Below the pieces are notes generated by a model. That model worked only from the letters and a program-made list of their open reading frames with translations, had not been told where the DNA came from and ran no database searches. This document shows positions 39,357 through 52,437 of a stretch of 64,000 nt of DNA, one piece after another. Numbering within the stretch: the stretch's first letter is position 1; each line of letters starts with the position of its first letter. The stretch is from contig CAVWBU010000032.1 of assembly GCA_963753345.1 (NCBI GenBank), forward strand, positions 164,179 through 228,178, given 5' to 3'. Origin of the DNA: an uncultured Fibrobacterota bacterium (lineage in GTDB: Bacteria > Fibrobacterota > Chitinivibrionia > Chitinivibrionales > FEN-1185). Made by a program: the position numbers and the translations under genes.

Positions 39357-41438
39357 ATGATCATCAAACAGAGCGCATGCCTCTCCATTGTTTTCTATCT
39401 TGCCGCCGCACTCTCGTCTCCAGCTTTTTCCCAATCCTTCACCCGCGTCAAGTGCCCTGCCTCGGGCATGACGTTTACGCAGGGGTTGCCTGTTCGCGTT
39501 CTTGCAGATGGCGTGGACATCAACGGTTACCAGTGGAACGACGGCCAGAACGAAGCCGCGGAAGCACGGTTCTTTGCAGACGGGGTGCAGTTTGCGACGG
39601 ATGGTCATTCGCGCGGCTACAATCATTTCGAAGCGATCGACACCACACTCACCCTTGGAACTCACTTTCTCACAACGCAAAGCCTGAATTACGGGAACGT
39701 CATTCTGAACAGCGCCGAATCGGTCTCTATTGTTATCGCGCCCATGCCGGTCAAGGCAAAAAGCGTTTCGCTTACCGCGGACATCCAGCTTTCCGGGAAC
39801 CAGAATCTCGACTGGGAAGATGCTATCGTGCAGGGAAATGGTTTCAAGGTGACAAGCGCGGACAATTGGACCGGCAGCATCACCATCAAGAATTGCTTTG
39901 TCACCGGCCTAGCCGTGCCCGCAAAAGAAATTCCCGACACGGCAGTTGTCAAAGCGCTTGGCATCGACGTGTCGACCCGGGACGGTTCGGTTGATCTTGA
40001 GAACACGGTATTCGAATGGACGGGCGGCCAGCGTTATGCGGTGAGCGGCAGCGGCAGCATTTTGGTGCGGGGCTGCGAATTCCGGGCCAACGCGTTTATC
40101 GCGTACGATTCCAGCAATCCGGAACGGTCGCCGTTCCTGGAGTTTTCCGGAAACGCGACAGGGACAAAAGTGTTTGCGGCCAACAACGTTGGCGCCGGGT
40201 ACCTATACGTCCACAATATGACGGGCTGGCTCATCGGCGGGAATTCCGATGCGGAAAGCAATGTGTTTATCGGCCCGCGCATGGGGCCGCGCGTCGAATT
40301 CTGCACCGATGTCCAGATCCGCGGCAATTACAGCCATCACGACTACAAGGGCGGATGGAGCCAGGGATATAACTTCTGGTTCTACGACAATACAGGTGTT
40401 GTGATAACCGAGCACAACGTCATATCAGAGGGTTCGTGGCCCGTGCAGACCGTGAGCGGAGAGTTCCGTTACAACCTCGTTGTTCATTGCGGCCACGAAT
40501 GGCTGCGTACTGCACTTACGGGCACGTCCGTTCATCACAACGTTTTTATCGAACCCTCTTCCCCGGGCGATCCGGCTGCCGGGATCTGGATGTATGAGAG
40601 CCAGACCGGTGTGAGTATTTACAACAACACCTTCGACGCGGGCGGCTCACCCGACTGGCTCCCTGCACCGGCGATTGCCGTGTCGAATGGCTCCATGATT
40701 TCCAAGCTTACCAACAACGTGTTTACGGGCTTTGCGAACGACAGCACGGTTGGTATCGTGGACCGGTACGTCGTGGGCGGAGAGAAGGACTCTGTCGGCC
40801 GCATTCTCAGGGCCGACTATAACTGTTTCTATAACCCCAAAGGCCGGAAAGCCAACAATTACGGCGACTTTCTCGTGCAGGGCGTCTCCGAAGGCGCAGT
40901 TGGATACGGCGGCCATGACCTTGGCGGCATTAATGGTCAGGTGGCGCCGAAATTCAAGCTGGGCATGGACACATCCTTTGGCATGAACGAGGCCAATGTG
41001 TGGAACCGCGTCAAAACCGTGTCGCAGGTGCTCGCCGAGTATCGCAACCGGTACATGCCGGACGCGTCAGCAAACAGCCCGCTTATCGACGCCGGCGATC
41101 CGGCCGATGGCCCTGGTGTTGACATCGGTGCAGTGGGCGCGGGCAAGAACGACACTGCGGATCTGTTCGGGAAATTTGGAACAACGGCCGTGCTCTATCG
41201 CAACCTCAGGCCCGAGAATCGATATGGTTCTGCTGTAGTGTTGAATACTGCCAGCCTCAGTGAAATGATGATTTACAGAATAGATGGCAGGGAGATCGGG
41301 GCTGCACGAATGCAGCGGACCGGGTCCGGCATCAAACTCCTTTCGAAAAACGGGGTGCCTCTCGGACCAGGAGTATACCTGATCAGATTGGAAAATGCCC
41401 GATCTTTATCACTCCTGCGAATTGTTTCAACGCGCTAA
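39357..41438 (+). CDS. Secreted beta-helix (pectin-lyase-like) protein with T9SS-like tail
   Basis: Signal peptide, HHNVF/YNNTF/NNVF repeats, SPLIDAGDP...DIGAVG, IYRIDGR...GPGVYLI. Confidence 0.75.
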   Translation: MIIKQSACLSIVFYLAAALSSPAFSQSFTRVKCPASGMTFTQGLPVRVLADGVDINGYQWNDGQNEAAEARFFADGVQFATDGHSRGYNHFEAIDTTLTLGTHFLTTQSLNYGNVILNSAESVSIVIAPMPVKAKSVSLTADIQLSGNQNLDWEDAIVQGNGFKVTSADNWTGSITIKNCFVTGLAVPAKEIPDTAVVKALGIDVSTRDGSVDLENTVFEWTGGQRYAVSGSGSILVRGCEFRANAFIAYDSSNPERSPFLEFSGNATGTKVFAANNVGAGYLYVHNMTGWLIGGNSDAESNVFIGPRMGPRVEFCTDVQIRGNYSHHDYKGGWSQGYNFWFYDNTGVVITEHNVISEGSWPVQTVSGEFRYNLVVHCGHEWLRTALTGTSVHHNVFIEPSSPGDPAAGIWMYESQTGVSIYNNTFDAGGSPDWLPAPAIAVSNGSMISKLTNNVFTGFANDSTVGIVDRYVVGGEKDSVGRILRADYNCFYNPKGRKANNYGDFLVQGVSEGAVGYGGHDLGGINGQVAPKFKLGMDTSFGMNEANVWNRVKTVSQVLAEYRNRYMPDASANSPLIDAGDPADGPGVDIGAVGAGKNDTADLFGKFGTTAVLYRNLRPENRYGSAVVLNTASLSEMMIYRIDGREIGAARMQRTGSGIKLLSKNGVPLGPGVYLIRLENARSLSLLRIVSTR

Positions 41439-41459
41439 CATTTGGATTCCGGAGGAAGT

Positions 41460-44267
41460 ATGTCCAATCGAAACGGCATGCTGCGTATGGCCTTGATTTC
41501 CATTCTCGCATTCGTCATGCACGTGGTTCCTGCAACGCACCCGGCCTTGCTCACTCCCGACCGGCTCGCATCGCTTTCCGCGGGTGGCAGCGAGTGGAAC
41601 GCAATCAAGCATTATTGCGATGACAGCCTCAACCTGGTGATCGGCCCTGATTATGCCGGCTGGGGATGGCGCACGGCGGTGGAGAATTTCAGCGAGGCCT
41701 ATCTGGTGACGCTGCCGATAGACCCGGCGCTTGCCGCGAAATACGGAAAGAAAGCGCTTGGCATGATGAAGGTTCTTGCGCGTGACAACAACTACGGCGG
41801 CCCTGACTGCGGCCAGCTTATCGGATTGGGGGATGGCGCCACGAAGACGTTTCCCCTGCCCATGACACCATTGACAGGAACGACGGTCACCGTGTTCTAT
41901 GCGCCGGTGTCGGACACGGCTCTCATCTACAACGGTACTTCCGCCCAGGTGAGCCACTTTGACCCTATTGTCAAGATAAGCAACACCGCGGGCGGTCCGG
42001 CCGACTACACGCCGTCCGCATACAAACTGTTGTACCGCGACAGCACAAACATCTTCGTACTCAAGTGGCTCAGCAGCAGCCACCCGTCAATCGGCGCAAC
42101 GTATCACGTTTTCATGACAAGCGGCAGCGGGACCGCAGTGGATGCGGGTCAGTTTGCCGTTGCGAACAACAGCATCGTTTTCACAACTGCTCCTGCCGTG
42201 AACCAGGCCGTGTTTGCGCGGTACATCGCCGATACCTATGATCAGACCGGCAACCTTTTGGGAGGGTATTCGTCTGTCACGCCCGACGGCCCTGGTTACC
42301 AGATGCGAACGTTTTGCCCGGGCCTGGCCTATGGGTTTGACCTGATGTTCGATTGTCCCGATTTCACAAACGCGCTCAAGGCGGAATTCGACACCGTGCT
42401 CAACCAGGAAATCGACTGGTACTCCTCGTACGGGTATGAACACAACGGTGATTTGGGCAACTATTTCATTGAAGGGTATCTGACGGGAGTCATTTTCACG
42501 GCCTATGGTACAGACGGCGCCAACAGCCGCAGCGCCGAATTCAAAGTTCTTGCAGATACCTGCATCGGCCGCACGTTCGGGAGGCTCGACCAGATGCTGC
42601 CGGGCGGATACGGTCCGCAGGGCGAATATACCAACGGGACTGCAGGCGACGTGCTCCAGACATTCACCATTTACAAAAGCCTGACTGGCGCGGACCTCCT
42701 GTCGAAACTGGAATGGACGTCGAATATTATCCCGGCAACAATCCACGGGACAAAGCCCGACCGAAAGACCTTCTATGACGGTGGCGACTGGTCCGACCTT
42801 CCCGCAACGCCGCTTACCGGACTCGTTGATGCCTTTCTCACCTATCTTCCCAATCACGCAATGGCGCCATACGCAAGACAATTCCTGAATGATGTCGGGT
42901 TCGCCGACAGCTTTCCGGGCCCAACAAAGGATTACAAGACCGATTTTCAGCCCGCCTATCTGGCAAAGGTGTCCGGCCCTATGTATGCGAGGTCAGACTG
43001 GAGCACCGGCGCCGTATGGGTAAGCCTTGCGGCAGGGGAAATTTTCGAGGACCACCAGCATTACGACCAGGGTCACATCACCATCCAGCGCGGCGCGGAC
43101 TATCTGCTGGTTGACGGAGGAGGATACGGCGAATACACCACCGACAAGCACAATACGCTGCTGTTCGACGATAGGGGAGCCGGGGACATTTCCACGTACC
43201 CGCCTGGACAGGGCGCATGGGGATTCAATAGTGTCGCCATCAAGCGCTTCGAATCCGCGTCCGGGTACGTATATGGCCAGGCCGACTTTACGCGATCCTA
43301 TGCCCAGGCGCACGAGGGCATCGCGAACTCGGTAAAGGCAGCTGTGAGGTCGGTTGTGTTTGTGCGGCCCGGCATGTACGTGGTGCACGACAGGGCGCAG
43401 ACGTTCAACGCCAATGTGAAGAAGATTTTCAACTGCAATTTTGGTAATACTCCAGCGCAGGGCAACGGCGTGTGGAAAACAACGGTCGGCGCGAGCACCC
43501 TGTATATGAAATCGCTGATGCCGGGAACGCCGTCGCCCACAATCACGGCTATTGCAAACGAACCGCTTGCCAAAAGCAACTACCAGGAACTGCTCACGGG
43601 CCAGGTAAACAACGATTTTCTGCATGTGTTCGAGGCTGCGGCGTCAACGCAGGTCGCAATGACGCCATGCTCGTACATAGACGCCGGGTTGTGCGAAGGT
43701 GTAGAAATAAAACTCACGGATTCAGCATGGACAACGCTTTTCGCAAAGACCGACAGTGTGGTAACCGGGCAGATTTCGTATTGGTATCATTTCACAGGCC
43801 CACAGCGTCATCTGGTTTCAGATATGGTGCCGTATGCAGGCTATAGCGTGAAGGTGACCTGCAATGGGCAATCCGTGCTGGTTGACAGTTCGCACACGGC
43901 ATCGGCAAATGGGGTGGCGTCGTTCGCATTTTCTTCAGCAGACTCGGGCGTGGTAACGCTCGTTCCGGGCAAAGTGCCGGTTTTGCGAAGGATTGTTTCC
44001 GCTGTCGCCAAAGACGGTGAACCGGTAGTGCGGATGCAGGGAAGGGTTCTTTGGGTTTCCGTGGGGCTGGCCATGGAGTCAAACGTGAATGTTTCGTTGT
44101 TCGATTGCGCAGGAAGGAAATTAGTCACCATTGTCAATACACCACTTGGTGCTGGAACCCACACGATCCGGCAGGATTTATCAAAAGTGCTTTGCGCGGG
44201 AAGCTATGTGGTACGGTTCACCGCGGGCAATCGTGAGAAAGCATTCAGAGTGGTTGCGGGAATGTAA
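41460..44267 (+). CDS. Secreted heparinase II/III-like lyase with T9SS-like tail
   Basis: HP.LL, G..PQGEY, YARSDW...AVW, HQHYDQGH..I.R..DYLLVDGG, HNTLL; tail FDCAGRKL...AGSYVV. Confidence 0.8.
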   Translation: MSNRNGMLRMALISILAFVMHVVPATHPALLTPDRLASLSAGGSEWNAIKHYCDDSLNLVIGPDYAGWGWRTAVENFSEAYLVTLPIDPALAAKYGKKALGMMKVLARDNNYGGPDCGQLIGLGDGATKTFPLPMTPLTGTTVTVFYAPVSDTALIYNGTSAQVSHFDPIVKISNTAGGPADYTPSAYKLLYRDSTNIFVLKWLSSSHPSIGATYHVFMTSGSGTAVDAGQFAVANNSIVFTTAPAVNQAVFARYIADTYDQTGNLLGGYSSVTPDGPGYQMRTFCPGLAYGFDLMFDCPDFTNALKAEFDTVLNQEIDWYSSYGYEHNGDLGNYFIEGYLTGVIFTAYGTDGANSRSAEFKVLADTCIGRTFGRLDQMLPGGYGPQGEYTNGTAGDVLQTFTIYKSLTGADLLSKLEWTSNIIPATIHGTKPDRKTFYDGGDWSDLPATPLTGLVDAFLTYLPNHAMAPYARQFLNDVGFADSFPGPTKDYKTDFQPAYLAKVSGPMYARSDWSTGAVWVSLAAGEIFEDHQHYDQGHITIQRGADYLLVDGGGYGEYTTDKHNTLLFDDRGAGDISTYPPGQGAWGFNSVAIKRFESASGYVYGQADFTRSYAQAHEGIANSVKAAVRSVVFVRPGMYVVHDRAQTFNANVKKIFNCNFGNTPAQGNGVWKTTVGASTLYMKSLMPGTPSPTITAIANEPLAKSNYQELLTGQVNNDFLHVFEAAASTQVAMTPCSYIDAGLCEGVEIKLTDSAWTTLFAKTDSVVTGQISYWYHFTGPQRHLVSDMVPYAGYSVKVTCNGQSVLVDSSHTASANGVASFAFSSADSGVVTLVPGKVPVLRRIVSAVAKDGEPVVRMQGRVLWVSVGLAMESNVNVSLFDCAGRKLVTIVNTPLGAGTHTIRQDLSKVLCAGSYVVRFTAGNREKAFRVVAGM

Positions 44268-44324
44268 TTGTTAGTTGCTGAGAGTGGGGTCGGGAGCAGA
44301 ATGTTATACATGGGAGGCATGAGC

Positions 44325-45570
44325 ATGCGCAACGCCACACGTGTTTCAAGGTTGGTTCTCCTTGCCTTCATCGTTTCGTGTGCCGGCTCCACGGTCGCGG
44401 CTGCGGGACAGAAATTCTTCGGGTGCTGCTACACGCCCCAAAGCAATCCGGTGTACGAGGCAAAATTCAAGGATCTTTTCACCATGGTTGTGCCCGAGAA
44501 CGCCGGCAAATGGGACGATGTTGAGGATACACGAGGTGTATTTACCTGGAGTGACTTTGACGAAATGGCTGCCATGGCCGCGAGTGGCAACAAAGGAACA
44601 TACGTTTGTATGGGGTTCCGGGCAGGGACAGCCGCCCTGGCTTGGCGGTATTACAAATTCCGATTCTGTAAAGGCGATAGTCCGCGATTGGATGAGTCAT
44701 TTGCTCACCCGCTATCCCCTGGTCCAACTGGTTGACGTGGTGAACGAATTTCTCCACGCCCCTGCACAATTCCGGGATTACCTAGGCGGGTACGGTACCA
44801 CGGGATTCGATTGGATAATCTGGTGTTATCAAACGGCGCGAGATCTCTCCCCGAATGGCAAGCTAATACTGAACGAATACAATCTCTTGCGGAACGAGTA
44901 TGGGGATATTAACACAGTGCTCACTGTCGGTCGCCTGCTCAAAGCACACGGCCTCATCGACGGCATCGGCGAACAGGGCCACAACATAGATACCCTGCCC
45001 GCCTCGTTGATCAAACAAAGCTTGGATTCTTTGTCCACTCTCGGTGTACCGGTTTATATTACGGAATTAGACATGGGTTCCCCGGATTTTGTTGTCAACG
45101 ACAGTGCTCAGCTAAAGACATACCAACGTGTTTTCCCTCTCTTGTGGGAGCATCCCGCTGTGGCAGGGATCAGCCTGTGGGGTTTTTTCGAGGGCAACAT
45201 TTACCGCAGTGATGCCTACTTGGTTCACGCTGATGGCAGCGAACGGCCCGCCCTCACTTGGCTGAGGGGATATCTTTCTACCCATTTCACATCGCTTAAC
45301 CGGGATTGCAATGCCGCGGTGTCAACCGGCGGTAATCGGCTTTGCGTTTTTCCCAACCCCAGTCATGGGCATGTTACGGTTTCACTTCCGGGGCGGGATT
45401 TATCGCAGGTGATTATCTATAATCTAATTGGGCAAAGAATGTATTCTCAATACGTCGTGGGAAAAAACGATTTTGAAATGAACATGGCTGGGTTTCCCAA
45501 TGGACAGTACATCATAAAGGCCATAGCCGGCGGCAGGGTGGAGCCATGCACTGTAAACCTTGCCCGATAA
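44325..45570 (+). CDS. GH10 endo-1,4-beta-xylanase with T9SS-like tail; frameshift near 44580
   Basis: VVPENAGKW, HTFVWG, DVVNE, NEYN, IDGIGEQGH, VYITELD, WEHPAV.GI.LWG; VFPNPS...IYNLIGQ...GQYII. Confidence 0.9.
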
Positions 45571-45589
45571 AAAGGGCATGCCGCCAGTG

Positions 45590-45800
45590 TGAGCCGTCAG
45601 CGGAAAGTGGACCAGTCAATAGAATAAATTAAGAGATGGTTTTGGGTATATTTGATTACCAAAGGGCGGTAATGAATGGAACCCAAGACCAAACAAGCAC
45701 CGGAAGTCATTGTTAGAGAGATCCGTCGCCAGACCCGCCGCAAGCTTTCCTCAAGGACAAGATTCGGATCATTCTGGAAGGCCTCAAAGGGGAAGAACAA
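45590..45800 (+). mobile_element. IS3-family remnant (left end and start of orfA)
   Basis: TGAGCCGTCAGCGGAAAGTGGACCA end; VREIRRQTRRK then, shifted, DKIRIILEGLKGE. Confidence 0.7.
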
Positions 45801-45972
45801 GCAAGGAATAATATTTCATACTGGAGTTAAGAAAGATGTTTTCAACCAGGTACAGAATAACTCGAAATTGAATCCGCGAACGTCACCAGGTCTCGGCAAG
45901 CTGCACCAGAGGAACCCAACACAATGCCGCGTCCGGCTGGCCCCGGAGGCTCCATCACCCCGGCTATCAATA

Positions 45973-48219
<2,247 letters not shown>

Positions 48220-48815
48220 TTATGCACCGTGCAGCTATGAATAACAAGACTTTTATATCCATGTAGCGAACAAGTGTTTTACTTGAACAAGATAGATTGA
48301 AGACGGCTTGAAATGCAAGACCCAAGCTGCTGCGGGAAGCGAATATAGATTTGCTAACCGTTTGACAGGACGGCAAGGCACCGCATATCGACAGGTGGCT
48401 CCTGGAAAATCAGGGCAAACATACCTGCAAGTGTGGATGTGGCCGGGTAATTCTAATCCACCGCAGACACCACTGGATTGGGATTCCCAAGTTCATCTGG
48501 AAGCAACGTACCGCCAAGCAAGCCCACTACGTTCACCAGTACAATCAACAGGGCCTCATCACGGTTGGCGAGCTTTGCAAACGTCTCGGGATCGGGCATG
48601 AAAGGCCTGTCCACCAAGCTGGGGTTCGCCCAGTAGATATTCCATGGATAGGGTACGGCTCAATTGGGTGTCAAGGGGCGGGGGCTTCATGGAAGCAAAG
48701 CAAGCCCAGTCGATCTAAATGCTAAAAAAAACGCTGCGAACGGCCGGCCATGGTGGTAATATTTATATAATGACTTGCTTTGTGCTTTCCGTCACCCGTT
48801 TCGGAGAGGTGCATC

Positions 48816-50510
48816 ATGACAAGATCTGCGCATCTTTGTGTGGTTATGGTGGTCCTGAGCTGCGTTTCCGCACAAGCCGCAATAACCGTTTCGCACGACA
48901 CCGCCTGGGGGCCGGACTCGGTAAAGTTGGCAGACTCTGTACGGATAAATGATGGAGTTACATTGACAATACAGCCGGCCACCGTAGTTTGTTTCTCAGG
49001 CACCGGCACCTATGCGATATGGGTTAATGGCCGGATACTGGCGGGGGGCACAAAGCAGGATTCCATTACATTTACTTCAAATTCTTCATCATATAAATGG
49101 CATGGCATTCGATTTATAAAGACTCCCTGGACCAATGATACTTCTCGATTGGCTTACTGCCGATTGGAGAACGCGCAGCAGGACTATTTCAACCCAGGCG
49201 GTGCGGTCGCCATCGACAGTTTCCCAAAGGTCAATATTTCCAATTGCACAATCGCCAACAACGGTGCCTCCGGAGGGAATTTTTACGGTGGCGGGATCTA
49301 TGTCCGCAAGGCCGCTCCCCGCATAATCAATTGCAGCATTGTTAACAACCACGCCGATGGCTCGGCGAGCGACGGCGGAGCAGTGTATTGTCAGGAGGCA
49401 AGCCCGGTCATCATCGGAACTCTCTTCTACCGCAATACCTCGTACGGCGCGGCTGACGCAGGGGGCGCGGTCTATTGCAACCATTCCAGTCCTCTATTTG
49501 TCAATTGCACGTTTGTCCAGAACAAATGCAATGGCGCTGCGGGTTTTGGGGCCGCCATTGCATGCTATTACCAATCAAGCCCGGTTATAATCAACTCAAT
49601 TCTCTGGGGCAATCTCGATGATCAAATCTGGGTAACGGACTCGACGAGCAGACCGGTAGTCCGCAATTGTGATATCGGCGGCGGCACGCGGGGTTTGAGC
49701 GCATTTTTTGGATTCAAGGGTGTGTGGGGACAAATCATGAGCCTGGATCCGCGGTTCGTCAAACCGGATTCCGGCGATTTGACGCTGCTTTCGGCTTCCC
49801 CTTGTATCAACAAGGGCATTATGGACACCTTTTCTACTATGCTTCCGGCCTATGACCTGGCCGGAAATCCCAGGATTTCCGGCGGCATTGTGGATTTGGG
49901 CGCATATGAATTTCAGGGTACGCCAGTGGCGCCGCAGGTGACCATAGTTTCCCCCACAGGAGGTGAAGTGTGGGACACGCAGCATCCGCACGACATAACG
50001 TGGACCGCGACTGACAATAGCACCATTGTTGCGCGGTCGATTCTTGCAAGTTTGGACAATGGAGTAACCTGGACGCGCATCGATAGTCAGGCCACTCAAA
50101 GCACATCGTGGTCATGGACCATTCCGTCCGCCGACACATCACACAATTGCCTGATTGCGGTAATAGTCTATGACAACGACGGCAGCCAGGGATGGGGAAT
50201 GTCGCCGACAAGCTTTTCCATAATTTCCTCCAACGCGGGAACAATCCTAGCGCACCCCCGCGCACCCCTGCATGCTTTGCAGCCGGTAATCATGCTCCGA
50301 AGACTCGGGGGCACGGGCGCTATCGGCGAAGTATATCTGCCGTTGCCGGGCCTCTATTCGGTGAGTCTGACTGATGCGCGCGGCAAAAGACTATTTTCGC
50401 AGACAGTAAGGGCTGCGCGCGCCGGCAATTTTCGAATTGACCTTTGCCAATTGGCGCCTGCTTCAGCGCAGGGCATTATCCTCGCCGATATTAAACTTGC
50501 AATAAAATAA
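48816..50510 (+). CDS. Secreted parallel beta-helix protein (choice-of-anchor Q-like) with Ig-like domain
   Basis: GGAIY/GGAVYC...SP..INCT repeats, SPCINKG...DLAGNPRI....VDLGAYEFQ, SPTGGEVW. Confidence 0.8.
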   Translation: MTRSAHLCVVMVVLSCVSAQAAITVSHDTAWGPDSVKLADSVRINDGVTLTIQPATVVCFSGTGTYAIWVNGRILAGGTKQDSITFTSNSSSYKWHGIRFIKTPWTNDTSRLAYCRLENAQQDYFNPGGAVAIDSFPKVNISNCTIANNGASGGNFYGGGIYVRKAAPRIINCSIVNNHADGSASDGGAVYCQEASPVIIGTLFYRNTSYGAADAGGAVYCNHSSPLFVNCTFVQNKCNGAAGFGAAIACYYQSSPVIINSILWGNLDDQIWVTDSTSRPVVRNCDIGGGTRGLSAFFGFKGVWGQIMSLDPRFVKPDSGDLTLLSASPCINKGIMDTFSTMLPAYDLAGNPRISGGIVDLGAYEFQGTPVAPQVTIVSPTGGEVWDTQHPHDITWTATDNSTIVARSILASLDNGVTWTRIDSQATQSTSWSWTIPSADTSHNCLIAVIVYDNDGSQGWGMSPTSFSIISSNAGTILAHPRAPLHALQPVIMLRRLGGTGAIGEVYLPLPGLYSVSLTDARGKRLFSQTVRAARAGNFRIDLCQLAPASAQGIILADIKLAIK

Positions 50511-50698
50511 GACTACGAAAAGTACTCAGGACTTTTCCAAAAGAACCACAGCCACCGCGAGATGCAAAGCACTCGAAGCGTGGCTGCTGAAAACCTACAT
50601 CATCAGGATAACCTTGAACGGAAAAAGTGTCACCTAATTTTCGGGCTAAAAAGGGCCACTATCTTGTTGCCGGCACACGCACGATAGAAATTAACAAA

Positions 50699-51016
50699 AT
50701 GAAAAAATTAAAGCCGCTTCTCATTTTCTGTCTTTTGGGTTCTTGTTGCATTCCTCAAACTACGAGTGTGAAAAGCAATTCGAAACGGATTTATGTCCGT
50801 GGCGCTTCAAAAAGAGGAGATAGGACAAAAGAAAATATCACTGAAACTGTGGTTAAGAACAGCAACATTCTAAGGCAATACTATTTTGACAGAGGCAAAA
50901 TTAATCCAGAATTGAGGGGAAAAATAACAATTCATTTTCATGTCGTTTCAACGGGCAAAGTGTTGTCCGCTGAAATTGCAGCAAATACGACCCAAGACAC
51001 CGTATTTGCAAACTTA
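50699..51016 (+). pseudogene. AgmX/PglI (TonB C-terminal-like) protein truncated by IS5
   Basis: LRQYY....INPELRGKITIHFHV..TGKV.SAEI..NT, running into the IS end. Confidence 0.65.
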
Positions 51017-51938
51017 GAGCTTATCCATAAATAAGAATTGTGGTTAATGTCGGCATATATGATATTATTTCCATGGAAGAACCAAAAAAACGCAGGCTCT
51101 ATTCATGGGAGATATCGGACGAGTTCTGGGCGAAAGTTGAACCGTTAATACCGAAAAAGAAGCGTGATCGCCGTCAGAAGTTCGTTCGTGAATCAGGAGG
51201 TGGACGGAAACCCATATCACCTCGTCTTGTTTTGGCTGGGATAGTTTTTGTTCTTCGGACGGGAATTCAATGGAAAGCGCTTCCGAAGACTCAATTTGGC
51301 AGTCCAAGTGCAATCCATCGCTATTTTCTTGAGTGGCAAAAGGCCAGATTCTTCGAGAAATTGTGGAAAGCAGGGATTGCCGAATACGACGATATGGAAG
51401 GCATAGCCTGGCAATGGCAAAGTATTGATGGTGGGATGAACAAAGCCCCACTTGCACTTGAAAATGTCGGCCACAACCCAACTGATCGGGGAAAAAAATG
51501 GCAGCAAGCGAAGCATACTCGTCGACGGTCGTGGCATCCCGCTGTCGCTCGTCGTGAGCGGAGCACAGAAGCACGACGTGAAGTTGCTGCCTGATACACT
51601 TGACAACATTATGATAGAACGTCCAACAACAAAAGCTCGTCGGAGACAGCATTTGTGTGCTGATAAAGGGTATACAGGAGAGCCCGCGTTCAACCAGTGT
51701 GTCGAGCGGCGATATATCCCTTGCATTCGGCAACGAGGAGAAGAAATTGAAATGAAGCGCAGGAACCCAAGGTTCAAGGCGCAAAGATGGGTTGTGGAGC
51801 GATGCTTGTCGTGGCTCAACCGCTTCAGAAAATTGCTGGTTCGTTTTGAAAAACTTGCTCGTAGTCATACAGGTTTACTACAGTTGGCTTGTGCAATAAT
51901 ATGTTTCAGACAATCAACTTTTATTTATGGATAAGCTC
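51017..51938 (+). mobile_element. IS5-family insertion sequence (922 bp)
   Basis: Terminal inverted repeats GAGCTTATCCATAAATAA / TTATTTATGGATAAGCTC, TA on each flank. Confidence 0.93.
51073..51934 (+). CDS. IS5 transposase, two ORFs joined by a -1 frameshift at GGGGAAAAAAA (51488-51498)
   Basis: W....PLIP, GI.FVLRTGIQWKALP, SIDG, NPTDRGK/NGSKRSILVDGRGIPL, HD, ADKGY, RWVVER..SWL.RFRKL. Confidence 0.92.
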
Positions 51939-52437
51939 TAAGCCGGACAGAGAAGAAGCGGGCTACTTTGACGCCTCCGTCTGGGAAAACGCACGTCGCC
52001 AGGGTGAAACTGCTCTAAAGCGACTTATAAACGGCGGCCTTGAGAATACTACAAACACGTGTGTGCTTATCGGGTCCCAAACGCATGCGCGTCCCTGGGT
52101 TCGATACGAACTTCTGAAAAGCTTCCGGAGGGGAAACCATCTTTTTGGCATTCACATAAATGGTATCAAGTCGAAAGACGGAAATGTCAAGTTGCCAGGT
52201 CCTAATCCGCTTGAGTATGTTGGCGTTACATTTTCCACCGATGGGTCAACAGCTACGCTCTGGGAAAAGAATAGTAGCGAGTGGGTTAGATACGATAAAA
52301 TAGACGGGACGGCTGACTATACATTCCAAGTCGAGCAGCAATTCCGGGGCAAAGGATTCAATTTGGGAAATTGGTATCCGGTTTACGATTGGAACGTTGA
52401 CGATGGGTACAACAACTTCTCAACATGGGTGAAATGA
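51939..52437 (+). pseudogene. TIR-like (DUF1863 / ThsB-like) protein lacking its N-terminus
   Basis: AGYFDASVWE, LKRLINGGLENT..TCVLIGSQT..RPWVRYEL.KS..RGN, GPNP, YDW..DDGYNNF..WV. Confidence 0.85.
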
